This document shows, piece after piece, positions 1-9,127 of a stretch of 64,000 nucleotides of DNA. The notes beneath the pieces are model-generated. The model searched no databases, had not been told where the DNA came from, and saw only the letters and a list, made by a program, of their open reading frames with translations. The DNA comes from an uncultured Gammaproteobacteria bacterium (lineage in GTDB: Bacteria; Patescibacteriota; Patescibacteriia; UBA9934; GWF2-40-263), in assembly GCA_964538435.1 (NCBI GenBank), contig CAZIDX010000007.1, positions 4,399 to 68,398 of the forward strand. Direction: 5' to 3'. Position 1 is the first letter of the stretch; every line of letters begins with the position of its first letter. Position numbers and translations under genes: made by a program.

Positions 1-1213
1 TGGTCTTCAGGCCGCTGAACACGGCGTGATTCCAGTCGATGTCCGCGATCTCGATGTCGAAGTCGCTGCTCGCGAGCCTCATGGCCTGGGCCACGGCGTT
101 GGAACGCTCCACGAAGGCAGCGAATCCGTCCGGGTTGGTCCGATCCATGAAGTTCAGGTTTCCGGCGTGCCCTACGAAGGTCGCGTCGCGGTACAGACCG
201 TCGGCGTCCTCGAAGGTGGGGTTGGCGTCGTAGTAGTCCACGGCGTACTGCATGAGGGCCATGTACTCGTCCGAGCCGGAGCCGTCGTACGCGTTCATCA
301 GGTCCTTGACCTTCTCGGCCGAGTACAGGTACGCGGCCACGAAGTTGCGGAGATCCTCGGGGTTCTGCTGCGCCCAGTCGGTGCGCACGAAGTACGAGTC
401 CGCGATGGTGCGGCGGCGATCGGCCGTGCTGGCGAGCACGTGTGCGCCGACCACGGAGCACTCGGCACCGTCGCAGGTCTGGTCCGGACCGCCGGTGAGG
501 GCGTACATGTCCGGAGTGATGACGAAGGCGCCGGCGATGTTCTCGTTGCGCTCGAAGGCCTCGACCGGTGAGCCGGGGCCGGACAGGTTGTCGACCCATT
601 CGATGTTCACGTCGGTCCACTTGAGGCCGGCGTCACCGAGGATCGCGTGCAGGAAGCCCATGTGCGGGCCACCCTTCTGGATGGCGATGGTCTTGCCGCG
701 GAGCTGGGTCAGGTCCGTGATGCCATCACGCACGATCAGGTGGTCACCGGCCGACCAGGTCATCTGGAAGACGAACTGGGGGCAGGCGCCGGGCTCGGAC
801 TGACAGAGCTCCTCGGTGTTCACGGCCACCATCACGAAGGTGCCGCGCAGGAACGGGCTCTTGCCGGACTTGTAGTCCGCGAGCTGCTGGCTCATGTCGT
901 CGCCGTTGACGATGCAGAGGTTCTGCCCGTACTCGGCGCAGATGGTGCCTTCGCGGCTCTGATCGCCGCCCGCACAGTAGTGCGTGGGGTAGTCGCCGCC
1001 CCAGGTGATGTCCGGGACCTGCGTGCACTGACCGGCCATCTTGCCCTTGCCGGGCATGCCGGAAGAGGACTTGGAGTTGCTCTTGGTGGGTGCGGTCTGG
1101 TTGCTCGTGGGAGCACCCCCGTCACTCGACGGTGGGGTCTGCTCCACACTCACGCAGCCAGCCACGAGGAAGCTGATCAGAGCCAGCATCGGCATCAGGA
1201 AACGGAGTCGCAT
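1..1213 (-). CDS. ABC-transporter substrate-binding lipoprotein (NitT/TauT/ThiY-like); C-terminus runs off window start
   Basis: ATG at 1213..1211 preceded by GGAGGA SD (rc of 1221-1226). N-terminus MRLRFLMPMLALISFLVAGC is a signal peptide plus lipobox, followed by a S/T/P-rich linker. ~65% GC with GC3 bias. Frame stays open to position 1 (checked at both ends); absent from the ORF track only because it leaves the window. Confidence 0.6.
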   Translation of the reverse strand, partial: MRLRFLMPMLALISFLVAGCVSVEQTPPSSDGGAPTSNQTAPTKSNSKSSSGMPGKGKMAGQCTQVPDITWGGDYPTHYCAGGDQSREGTICAEYGQNLCIVNGDDMSQQLADYKSGKSPFLRGTFVMVAVNTEELCQSEPGACPQFVFQMTWSAGDHLIVRDGITDLTQLRGKTIAIQKGGPHMGFLHAILGDAGLKWTDVNIEWVDNLSGPGSPVEAFERNENIAGAFVITPDMYALTGGPDQTCDGAECSVVGAHVLASTADRRRTIADSYFVRTDWAQQNPEDLRNFVAAYLYSAEKVKDLMNAYDGSGSDEYMALMQYAVDYYDANPTFEDADGLYRDATFVGHAGNLNFMDRTNPDGFAAFVERSNAVAQAMRLASSDFDIEIADIDWNHAVFSGLKT

Positions 1214-1601
1214 GGACATCCTCCTTCTCTCCCTGTCGGTGAATTTACTTCCAGGCCGTGACAGGCCAAGCCAGGAAGCATGTTCTCGGATTCGTTCCGA
1301 TTGGATCTCACCGTTGAGCGATGAGGGCGTGCAGTAGACCTAAATCCACTACGTCACGCACACGGCGAGATCCAATCGAAACAAATCTTTGAAATGAGAA
1401 TAAAAAGAGCGCCCGGTATTTGGGCGTCTTTCCAGTATTATGACCTTGCGTAACGGAAACGCCCCATTTCCGAAGGGCGCAACTTAGTCCAAGTGGCAAA
1501 ATTTGTCAAGGGGCACAAATGGACATCTGTTAGCTGAGTTTGACGAGTTCATTTTTGCCTATAAAATCAGGAGTTTTCTGTATATTTTTGGTCAGAAACT
1601 A

Positions 1602-1630
1602 TTGACAAATGTGCTTTTTTGTGCTAATAT
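1602..1630 (+). promoter_or_regulatory. sigma70-like promoter TTGACA-17-TAATAT
   Basis: TTGACA 1602-1607, 17-nt spacer, TAATAT 1625-1630 in an AT-rich divergent intergenic region; about 170-nt leader before ATG 1801. Confidence 0.5.
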
Positions 1631-1800
1631 CGCATGTTCGCTTGAGACTGCGTTAGCCGCAACTAACAAAGAATCTATGCGACCCAAGTGCCCCGCCACA
1701 GGGGCAAACATATCAACCCAAGACCTTTGCCTGCCCGCGCGATGGAATGTGCGGACCAATGCGGGTGGGTGAAAAACCTCCGCACTGCAAAGGCAACATC

Positions 1801-2358
1801 ATGTCCCCTTCCGACTTCCGCGTCGTCTCCAGCGCTCGCAAGCTCGTCCTCGTTCCCAAGATCGATGCCCCTGTGGTGTCCTTCCCGGACGGAGCCGAGA
1901 TCAACAGCTGGGGAGCCAACAACGAGACCCCCACCGTGGTGGTCTGCAACGGCACCGAGGAGACCCCGTCCTGGCAGGGTGTCGACGCCGTGACCGGCTT
2001 CGTCATCGTCAACGAGGTTCCCGAGGAGATCGCCGAAGCCGCCCTGGCCATGTACGAGTCCGGCAACTCCCTCGAGGACGTGCTGGCCTACCTGGTCGAG
2101 AACGGCTGCGTGGATCAGTACACGAGCTCGTGGAGCTTCAAGAAGACCAAGCTCTCTGTGGCCGGCACCGTCCTGAGCGACAAGTCCGGCATCTACAAGC
2201 GTGACGACCGTGACCTGATCGCCTGCTGGCGTGAGGGTGACACCTTCTTCACCGCCCCGAGTGGTGAAGGTCGGGTCATCGAGCCCGGCATCCTGCAGCG
2301 GACCTACCGCCTGCCGGACGGAAGTCAGATCGATCTCGATCAGGTTCCCGAGAAGTAG
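1801..2358 (+). CDS. hypothetical protein (high-GC island gene)
   Basis: 185-aa ORF with ordinary composition and GC3 bias. Antisense ORF 1675..2523 is Gly/Arg-rich reverse-frame junk. First ATG at 1801 (the ORF opens at 1747 with an alternative start codon). Confidence 0.5.
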   Translation: MSPSDFRVVSSARKLVLVPKIDAPVVSFPDGAEINSWGANNETPTVVVCNGTEETPSWQGVDAVTGFVIVNEVPEEIAEAALAMYESGNSLEDVLAYLVENGCVDQYTSSWSFKKTKLSVAGTVLSDKSGIYKRDDRDLIACWREGDTFFTAPSGEGRVIEPGILQRTYRLPDGSQIDLDQVPEK

Positions 2359-2595
2359 AACTAGCTCTTCATCACCCCCGGGTGGTAGAAGGGCATGGGA
2401 TCCAACCCTTGTGTGTAACAGTGACCCCTGTGGTCTCTGGAATGCGCTAGGAGTGGTTCCATGGAATGCAACGCTGCGGCTGAGCATTCCTGAGAAGCGT
2501 CTGCGGACGTGACTCAACCCCACTACGGCCCAGGGGTAAAAGGGCAGCGACCACCGGTTAGCGCAGTTGCGGATGCGCGCCGGTGGTTTTGTTTT

Positions 2596-2624
2596 TAAAA
2601 CAGACGCGCTTGACGTCTGTTTGT
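2596..2624 (-). terminator. rho-independent terminator at GC-content junction
   Basis: Inverted repeat AAACAGACG-N7-CGTCTGTTT (2598-2622) flanked by A/T runs, immediately after the stop (2625-2627) of the 997-aa gene. Confidence 0.5.
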
Positions 2625-5618
2625 TTATGACATGAAGGTTTGCAGTTTGTCTTCGAGGCTGTCGAGGTTTGCAAGGTGTATCTTATCTGGATTCTCTCTG
2701 GCTAATCTGACAAACTCTCTGAAATATTTTCTATGCACGATGTAGTTCTTTTCTTTTTTTCCTGTTGGCTCAGGTGAGCCGCCGAAATCTTTTGTCATGT
2801 GTTCATCAAAGACCTCTTCGTCAAGCGCGCCCTCGAGAAGATGAAAGACATGCTCATCAAACTTTGTGTCTTCTGTATCAGGTAAACGATCAAGGTTGCT
2901 CATCACAACAGAGGCTGCTTCTGCAAAACGGCCAGAGTCAGATAAGAGCACGATATCAAACCCGTTCTTGATTGACTCGTTGATTTCCATGATTGAGAAC
3001 ACTCCCCCGTTCCCAGCAACGAGCACACGCGGTTGGTCTTGGCTGATGCGAGCAAACAGGGATTCCATGTAAGCGATGTGCAAGTCATATCCACTCACAC
3101 GCTCTTCACCTTCTCGTCCAAACATGGCTGTGATTGGAGTAACTGCCGTGTCCACTGGAGCTAGAGCAAAGCGCTCCCAAGAGTCTGTTTGCTCCATCCA
3201 TGGATTATCTGGATAGACGGTGTTTCCAGCGGGCGAGATTGAAAACAGATGCGCTTGATCTCTAAACGGCAGGTGCTCGGTTTCAGAGCGATAGATTGTA
3301 TTTTGTTTTCCAAAAAATACACCTATTCCAGACTGTGTCCCTGGCACAGCAACATTTGCTTTTGCATCATGAGCGACCCGGATAACTGCTGAGCTCATGC
3401 GATTTAGCGGATGATCTTCTGGGCGATCTGTTTCTTTTACCATTCGGCAACCACCAACAACATTGATTAGAGGGCGATTTCGGTTCACCCGCAGCTTGTC
3501 GAGGACAGCTTCTTCGATATCAACTGGAATTGTCTCAGAGGGATGGTTGATTTCGTGATCCATTGCGACAACGCGGACATCGTGAGATTTTGAACAAAGC
3601 TCTTCATCAAATCCATAGTCTGGACACATGTTTTGTGCAAGCGAGAGGAATTCTGGTCCGTATTCTATTTCGTGATTCCGTACAGCAGGCCGGTACATAT
3701 CTTTGAACCCACACATCTCTGGGGTTGCTGCGCTGCTGTACAAAAACTTAGCGTAGTCCTGCCGAACGTCATCAAGCCCATCGAGGAACCTGCTCGCAGC
3801 TGCTTCATCGACAGGTGGCATCAATGCAACGAAGTCGTCGAGGAGATTGTAATACTCACTTGATTGGTTTGTCAGAACAAAGACCATTGATTCTTCTGCA
3901 ATGTCAGAGAGTTTTTGTTCCCAGTTTTTGTTTTTGTATTTGAGAAGTTTTTGCATCCGCTCAATCTGCTTGATGAAATGATCGAATGCGCGCAGACTCT
4001 CTTCAATCTCAATGTAGGCTGCTCTTTCAAACACTGGAGTTGCATTCTGCTGATCTGGCTTGAGGTCTTTGCTCTCATCGATCAGGATTCGAGCAACGCT
4101 TCCTTGATGCACAGATTCGAGAAAACTGTGCTGTCGCCCTTGCTTGGATTTTTTGTACTGACCTCGGAAAAAGAGAAACTGTGCATCTGGATCTGATTGC
4201 GGACCAGAAGCGAGTAGGTTGCGAGCGATTTTTTGGGCGCTGTAGTAACGGTGATCAGAAAGGATGCTGGACCGCGCCTTATAACTCTGCTCTTGCGCGT
4301 CACGCATTCCGTGATCGAAAAAGAATCGTCTGTCTCCAACGCGCTCTCCCGTTATTGCTATACCAACCCCCTCTGCAAAACGCGTGAGGGCATGTGCTCC
4401 CCACTCCTTGTTTTGCTCGAGGACAAGATCGATGAGCTTGTCTGGGATCACTTGTCCATGATCAAGAACACGTTTTGCCAAACGGTCTGGGAACTGAAGC
4501 ATCTCATCAATCACAGCTTGCTGCGTTTGTTCTGGAGTGGCCTTAGCAAGCCCGAGTGTGTCAGCAAACGCTGCGAGCTGATGTTCGCGCTTTGCATGCA
4601 GGTCTTCTGTGTCAAAATTTTCACTGGCGCGACGAAGCCCAAGCTCAAGTCCCTCTGCTTCTGATCCTAGCCAGTGTGACTCAAGCTCTGCTCTGAGCTC
4701 TTCTGAAACTAACCCAAACGGGATGTGGGCAACAAATGGTCTTTGGAGGATGTTCTTTGCTTTTCCCTTGCGTCGCCCATCAAAATGAACCTGTACACCG
4801 TTTGAATCGAGTGTGACGTGTCGGGTTTTCTTTCCGTTCACCCTGAACGTTCTTGCTAGACCTGATGTAAATAGTGCTGAGGTGAGTTTTGTGCGTTCGC
4901 TGCGTGCCTGATCTGCCAGATCTGGATGTGATCGCTCAATGTTTCTCAGCGCGTGTTCTGCACGAGCAAACTCTTGAGGGGTTAACGTTGCGATGGCATT
5001 GCTTTCAAAAAGCTCTGATGGGATGAATCCAAGAGACTCAATGAGTCGCCCTAGGTTGTCAGGGTTTGTTCGAAGAGCTGCGGCTGCAACAGGCGCCCAA
5101 TCGTCTTGCGGCTCCATACGAAGCACGCGGTAGGCAGCCGCTCGCACCTCACTCTCGTAGGTGTCCCAGGTCACATCCTCAAACCGATCTGCAAACACCA
5201 TCCGTTCGTGTAACTGATTACTGCTCTTTGCATCGAGAAGCAACGTGTCTTGCTCGTGTGAAATATTGGCTAGACTTGCTTTCCCAGTAAGCACGGCCTC
5301 CTGCGCCCAGTCGATCAGGTCTTTGAGTTCGTGATTTGATTGCAGAACAGTGTTGCGAACTCTTGCTCCTTGGTGACCAATAAGTTTTTGAAGGAGTCCA
5401 ACATTCTTTTCCACTTGCTGCTGCTCTTCTGGGCTAAGCATGAGGAAATCGTCCTTACTCAGACTGATTTCTTTTGTGTGTTCTGCGCCGTGTGATAGCA
5501 AAAATTGCCGCTGGCTTTCAAACACACCGGTGAGTGTTGTCTCGAGCTTTGTGAAGGAAACAACTTCTCTGTGCTGAACAAGATCATGCTGCCTTCTTCC
5601 TCCTTCTCCACCCATCAT
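2625..5618 (-). CDS. large (997 aa) uncharacterised protein with C-terminal LOG/SLOG-like Rossmann domain (tentative)
   Basis: Single uninterrupted ORF. C-terminal ~350 aa carries INVVGGCRMV ... LVAGNGGVFSIMEINE, resembling the GGGxG and PGGxGTxxE motifs of LOG-family proteins (compare canonical LOG at 25553..26281). N-terminal ~600 aa is helical with no motif I recognise. TAACAT box 9 nt upstream of the ATG, no SD. Confidence 0.6.
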   Translation of the reverse strand: MMGGEGGRRQHDLVQHREVVSFTKLETTLTGVFESQRQFLLSHGAEHTKEISLSKDDFLMLSPEEQQQVEKNVGLLQKLIGHQGARVRNTVLQSNHELKDLIDWAQEAVLTGKASLANISHEQDTLLLDAKSSNQLHERMVFADRFEDVTWDTYESEVRAAAYRVLRMEPQDDWAPVAAAALRTNPDNLGRLIESLGFIPSELFESNAIATLTPQEFARAEHALRNIERSHPDLADQARSERTKLTSALFTSGLARTFRVNGKKTRHVTLDSNGVQVHFDGRRKGKAKNILQRPFVAHIPFGLVSEELRAELESHWLGSEAEGLELGLRRASENFDTEDLHAKREHQLAAFADTLGLAKATPEQTQQAVIDEMLQFPDRLAKRVLDHGQVIPDKLIDLVLEQNKEWGAHALTRFAEGVGIAITGERVGDRRFFFDHGMRDAQEQSYKARSSILSDHRYYSAQKIARNLLASGPQSDPDAQFLFFRGQYKKSKQGRQHSFLESVHQGSVARILIDESKDLKPDQQNATPVFERAAYIEIEESLRAFDHFIKQIERMQKLLKYKNKNWEQKLSDIAEESMVFVLTNQSSEYYNLLDDFVALMPPVDEAAASRFLDGLDDVRQDYAKFLYSSAATPEMCGFKDMYRPAVRNHEIEYGPEFLSLAQNMCPDYGFDEELCSKSHDVRVVAMDHEINHPSETIPVDIEEAVLDKLRVNRNRPLINVVGGCRMVKETDRPEDHPLNRMSSAVIRVAHDAKANVAVPGTQSGIGVFFGKQNTIYRSETEHLPFRDQAHLFSISPAGNTVYPDNPWMEQTDSWERFALAPVDTAVTPITAMFGREGEERVSGYDLHIAYMESLFARISQDQPRVLVAGNGGVFSIMEINESIKNGFDIVLLSDSGRFAEAASVVMSNLDRLPDTEDTKFDEHVFHLLEGALDEEVFDEHMTKDFGGSPEPTGKKEKNYIVHRKYFREFVRLARENPDKIHLANLDSLEDKLQTFMS

Positions 5619-5684
5619 AGTGAGTTTATGTTACCACTTTTGGTCTTGCGCTGCGAGAGTGAAACAAGTATTATTCGTTTTAAT

Positions 5685-6443
5685 ATGAAACCATTTTTGA
5701 TTCTTCAACTTCGGAAAAATGATCAAGCCTCGGACGGTGAGTATGAGGCTTTTTTGGATTACGGCAATCTTGATGAAAAAGATACTGTGCGTGTGCGCAT
5801 GGATCGAGGTGAGTTACCTGAGGTGAATCTTAATGATTATTCTGGTGCAATCGTTGGAGGTGGTCCGTGGAATGTGAGTGATCCGGATGCGAAGAAGTCG
5901 CAAGAGCAAAAGCAGGCAGAGTTGTGGCTTGGTGATTTGTTTGCAGAAATTCTTGAGCGAGACTTTCCTTACCTTGGCGCATGCTATGGTTTCGGTGTTC
6001 TGGCCCACCTTGCTGGAGGCCGAGTAGATAAAGGAAGATACGGAGAAGATCCTGGTGCTGTTCGAGTACACCTGTCAAATGAAGGGAATGAAGACCCTCT
6101 TCTTAAAGATCTCCCAACTTCTTTTGACGCGCTTGTGGGACACAAAGAAGCATGTGAAGAGCTTCCGGAAGGTGCTGTGCTTCTTGGGGGTTCAGACACA
6201 TGCCCTCATCAAATGTTTCGTATAAAGAACAACATTTACACGACTCAGTTTCATCCAGAGCTTGATGTCGAAGGAATTTGTGTGAGGATTGATGTGTACA
6301 AGAATGCTGGGTACTTCCCTCCTGAGGATGCTGAGAAGCTGAAGGTTCAATGCAAAAAAGAAACTATTGATGTGCCAATGGAGATTTTGAGGAGATTTGT
6401 GAAGAGGTACACACAACAAACCCTTGACAGTACTGAATGTTGA
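5685..6443 (+). CDS. class I glutamine amidotransferase-like protein
   Basis: GACYGFG (nucleophile elbow Cys) and FHPE motifs typical of GATase1. ORF track start at 5505 overlaps the divergent gene, so first internal ATG 5685 (MKPFLILQL) is used; TATTAT box ~10 nt upstream. Confidence 0.7.
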   Translation: MKPFLILQLRKNDQASDGEYEAFLDYGNLDEKDTVRVRMDRGELPEVNLNDYSGAIVGGGPWNVSDPDAKKSQEQKQAELWLGDLFAEILERDFPYLGACYGFGVLAHLAGGRVDKGRYGEDPGAVRVHLSNEGNEDPLLKDLPTSFDALVGHKEACEELPEGAVLLGGSDTCPHQMFRIKNNIYTTQFHPELDVEGICVRIDVYKNAGYFPPEDAEKLKVQCKKETIDVPMEILRRFVKRYTQQTLDSTEC

Positions 6444-6497
6444 TGTTGCAATAAACTTACGACTGAGGGAATTCCTCAGCAATAGACACAATCAAAA

Positions 6498-6537
6498 CAT
6501 CCTCCCAAACTCTATTTTTTGAGTTAGGAGGGTGTTT
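6498..6537. terminator. bidirectional hairpin terminator
   Basis: CCTCCCAAACTC / GAGTTAGGAGG imperfect inverted repeat around a T-run, then GTGTTTTATTCTG. Confidence 0.4.
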
Positions 6538-6563
6538 TATTCTGATTCAAACTCAGAGCCCTC

Positions 6564-6594
6564 TAAGGGGCCGGGTCGTTACTTGTAGCATTGC
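6564..6594 (+). repeat. left 31-bp terminal inverted repeat
   Basis: Exact reverse-complement match to 7443-7473. Confidence 0.8.
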
Positions 6595-6597
6595 TTT

Positions 6598-7458
6598 ATG
6601 GCAAGACAGCTTCGTATTGAATTTCCAGGTGCGTTGTATCATGTTTTCGCACGCGGGAATGCAAAACAAGACATTTTTCTTGACGCCGATGATCGGACTT
6701 TGTTTCTAAAGAGTCTTGAGTTTTGTGTTATGACTCATAATTTGATTTGCCATGCATATTGCCTAATGGACAATCACTACCACCTTCTCTTGGAGACACC
6801 AGACGGGAACCTGTCACAAGGAATGAGGGATTTGAATGGGAATTATGCTCAGTCCTTCAATTCTCGACATGACCGTGTCGGTCATTTGTTTCAGGGTAGA
6901 TATAAGGCAATTGTGGTTGAAAAAGAAGTTTATCTATGTGAATTGGCAAAATACATTGCTAACAACCCTGTAAAAGAAGGGCTTGTAAAATCTGCAGATG
7001 AATGGGTGTGGGGCAGCCATCAAGCAACCATCGGAAAAACAGAAGCGCCAAGCTGGTTGACCACAGATTTTATATTGGGGCACTTTTCAACTAATAGGCA
7101 GATGGCGCTTGAAGAGTATCGTGGTTTTGTATCCAGCTTAGAAGGTGGTGGTGACCCATATAACAACGTCCGCAAAGGTGCCATTATCGGCTCAGAGCAA
7201 TTTGCTTTTTCATTATGGGAAAAATTTGAAAGCTCAGAAGAGATAAAGGATGTTGTTGTCTCAGAGAGAATGATTGGCAGACCTTCCTTGAATGATATCT
7301 TCTCTGGAGCAGGAACCTTGAAACAGCGTGATGATCGTATCATTGCAGCAAAAAGGCGAGCGGGTTATACAATTACCGAAATTGCAAATCACTTACAGCT
7401 TCACCGAACAACGGTTAGCAGGATTTACAATCGAGAACAACAGCAATGCTACAAGTAA
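6598..7458 (+). CDS. IS200-like / REP-associated tyrosine transposase (Y1 HuH family, COG1943-type) with C-terminal HTH
   Basis: N-terminus RIEFPGALYHVFARGNAKQDIF and HuH motif CLMDNHYHLLLETP, then GHLFQGRYKAIVV (catalytic Tyr region); matches the widespread long IS200-like transposase family. C-terminal AGYTITEIANHLQLHRTTVSRI is HTH-like. Confidence 0.75.
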   Translation: MARQLRIEFPGALYHVFARGNAKQDIFLDADDRTLFLKSLEFCVMTHNLICHAYCLMDNHYHLLLETPDGNLSQGMRDLNGNYAQSFNSRHDRVGHLFQGRYKAIVVEKEVYLCELAKYIANNPVKEGLVKSADEWVWGSHQATIGKTEAPSWLTTDFILGHFSTNRQMALEEYRGFVSSLEGGGDPYNNVRKGAIIGSEQFAFSLWEKFESSEEIKDVVVSERMIGRPSLNDIFSGAGTLKQRDDRIIAAKRRAGYTITEIANHLQLHRTTVSRIYNREQQQCYK

Positions 7459-7473
7459 CGACCCGGCCCCTTA
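7443..7473 (-). repeat. right 31-bp terminal inverted repeat (followed by partial duplicate GGCCCCTTAG 7475-7487)
   Basis: Exact reverse-complement match to 6564-6594. Confidence 0.8.
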
Positions 7474-7532
7474 GCGGCCCCTTAGTGTGATTGGAACAAC
7501 TTAGTTGCGAAACGAGATTGGAAAACGTATGA

Positions 7533-8162
7533 TTGATGAGTATGAAACCACGAAATTTTGAAGGAAGATACGTTGAAGGCTCCACGTTTATGGTTTTTGA
7601 AGAAGGTGGAAAGTCCATGGAGCAGTATCTGGATATGCTAAATCTAAAAAAGGATGATTTGGTTGGAAAAAGAATCATGGATCTTGGCTCTGGCCCTGAG
7701 GAGCGATTTGCAAATGAGATTGAAGCCGCAGGAATTGAATCTGATGTTGTTTGTGTGAATCCTGATTATGAACATGAGTCTTTTAAGACTGAAGTTTCCG
7801 ATAAATCTCCGAACAGAGAGCGGGTTGCTGCTATTGCTCAAGATCTTCCTTTTGAAGACGAATCTTTTGATCTTATTGTTGCGCTGGAGTCTGTCTCTAG
7901 GTACGCAGCACCAAGAGATAGTATTGATGAGGCGTTTAGCTGGGCAACTGAGCTTTTTCGTGTCCTCAAAGAGGAAGGTGAGGCGCGTTTATGGCCGATA
8001 CTGGAACTTGATGAGCACACTCCTGAAAACCATGATGCACACCTGGATTTTGTTAACTACCTAACAGATCTAGGGGCAGAGGTTAAGCTTGAAGAATGGC
8101 AGGACAAGAAACACCCTGGCATCAAGGGTCACCGAATGATTATTCGAAAACCAAAGAGATAG
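7533..8162 (+). CDS. class I SAM-dependent methyltransferase
   Basis: Motif I IMDLGSGPE and post-I/II acidic motifs (DLIVALESV). Confidence 0.7.
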   Translation: MMSMKPRNFEGRYVEGSTFMVFEEGGKSMEQYLDMLNLKKDDLVGKRIMDLGSGPEERFANEIEAAGIESDVVCVNPDYEHESFKTEVSDKSPNRERVAAIAQDLPFEDESFDLIVALESVSRYAAPRDSIDEAFSWATELFRVLKEEGEARLWPILELDEHTPENHDAHLDFVNYLTDLGAEVKLEEWQDKKHPGIKGHRMIIRKPKR

Positions 8163-8180
8163 CAGATTCTTCCCAAATTA

Positions 8181-8212
8181 AAACACCCTGCCAATGACAG
8201 GGTGTTTTTTGT
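8181..8212. terminator. rho-independent terminator (bidirectional)
   Basis: CACCCTG-CCAATGA-CAGGGTG hairpin (8184-8204) followed by TTTTTT; A-run upstream. Confidence 0.7.
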
Positions 8213-8218
8213 TAGAGA

Positions 8219-9124
8219 TTACTGATTTCCTTCGATGAAGAGTATTGCGTCGTTGATTGGGATGGTGAAGCCGATGTTTTCTCCTTCGCTGTCGATGGCT
8301 GTGTTGACTCCGACTACTTCGCCATCGAGATTGAGCAGTGGACCACCTGAGTTTCCTGGGTTGATGGAGGCGTCTGTTTGGATGATGTTTTCAAGCTCTA
8401 AGACTTCCCCTGAGTCAAGCATTGATGAGATCGATCGCCCAAGTGCACTGACCACGCCGCGAGTAACTGTTGAATCGTAGCGACCAAGCGAGTTTCCAAT
8501 TGCCATAACGGTTTGGCCGACCTCTAGCGCATCTGAGTCGCCAAGCGAAGCTGCATTAAGTGTCACCTCACTCTGCACTTTAATAAGCGCAAGATCGGTT
8601 TCATCTGAGACGTTTACCACCTTTGCTGAAAGCTCAAGTCCATCCACAGTAAACACGGTGTAGTCTGCGCTTCTGTCTTCGATCACGTGTTTGTTTGTGA
8701 GGATGTACCCATCTTCAGAGATGATAATCCCTGTTCCACCACCAATTTCGATTGTTACCGTTTCATTTTCTCTTCCCATTGGAGTCGCACTCGGACGATC
8801 TTGGTTTGCGGCAGGTTTTGCTGCAGAAGGAGAAGCTGAGCGCTGCTGACGAAAGTACGGACTGAATGGATCCTGGTTGAATCGTCCTGTATTTCGATCA
8901 TAAATCTTTTCAACATCCTTTGTAATAATGATTGAAACAACAGATGGTGAAACCTCATCAACAGCATCAATAACCATTTCATCGCTTGTTTCTATGGTTG
9001 TGATCACCTCTGTGACACCTGCTTGCTGAAGGTATGGCAGACCGAAGATGAGAAGCGCGCCAACAATCAAAATCGTAATCAGGATATTGATAATGACCGT
9101 GAGGATGAGTGTTGATGTCTTCAT
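8219..9124 (-). CDS. membrane-anchored trypsin-like serine protease (HtrA/DegP-like S1C, no PDZ domain)
   Basis: N-terminal TM helix; catalytic triad motifs TNKHV (His), DLALIK (Asp), GNSGGP (Ser). Confidence 0.8.
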   Translation of the reverse strand: MKTSTLILTVIINILITILIVGALLIFGLPYLQQAGVTEVITTIETSDEMVIDAVDEVSPSVVSIIITKDVEKIYDRNTGRFNQDPFSPYFRQQRSASPSAAKPAANQDRPSATPMGRENETVTIEIGGGTGIIISEDGYILTNKHVIEDRSADYTVFTVDGLELSAKVVNVSDETDLALIKVQSEVTLNAASLGDSDALEVGQTVMAIGNSLGRYDSTVTRGVVSALGRSISSMLDSGEVLELENIIQTDASINPGNSGGPLLNLDGEVVGVNTAIDSEGENIGFTIPINDAILFIEGNQ

Positions 9125-9127
9125 ATA

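Larger units (their letters stand above)
6564..7473 (+). mobile_element. IS200/RAYT-like element: Y1 HuH transposase gene bounded by perfect 31-bp terminal inverted repeats
   Basis: TAAGGGGCCGGGTCGTTACTTGTAGCATTGC at 6564-6594 and its exact reverse complement at 7443-7473. The repeats abut the ORF start (6598) and overlap its stop (7456-7458). Same ends recur at 37419-37587. Confidence 0.65.

Noticed and set aside
26-1261. Plus-strand ORFs 26..571, 252..803 and 647..1261 (181-204 aa)
   Set aside because: Val/Gly/Arg/His-rich reverse-frame artefacts of the high-GC minus-strand lipoprotein gene, which has a proper SD, start codon and signal peptide.
1675-2523. Minus-strand 282-aa ORF and overlapping 117-aa ORF
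   Set aside because: Gly/Leu/Arg-rich antisense frames of the 1801..2358 gene; no start context.
6192-6491. Minus-strand 99-aa ORF overlapping the glutamine amidotransferase 3' end
   Set aside because: Antisense, low-complexity, no start context.
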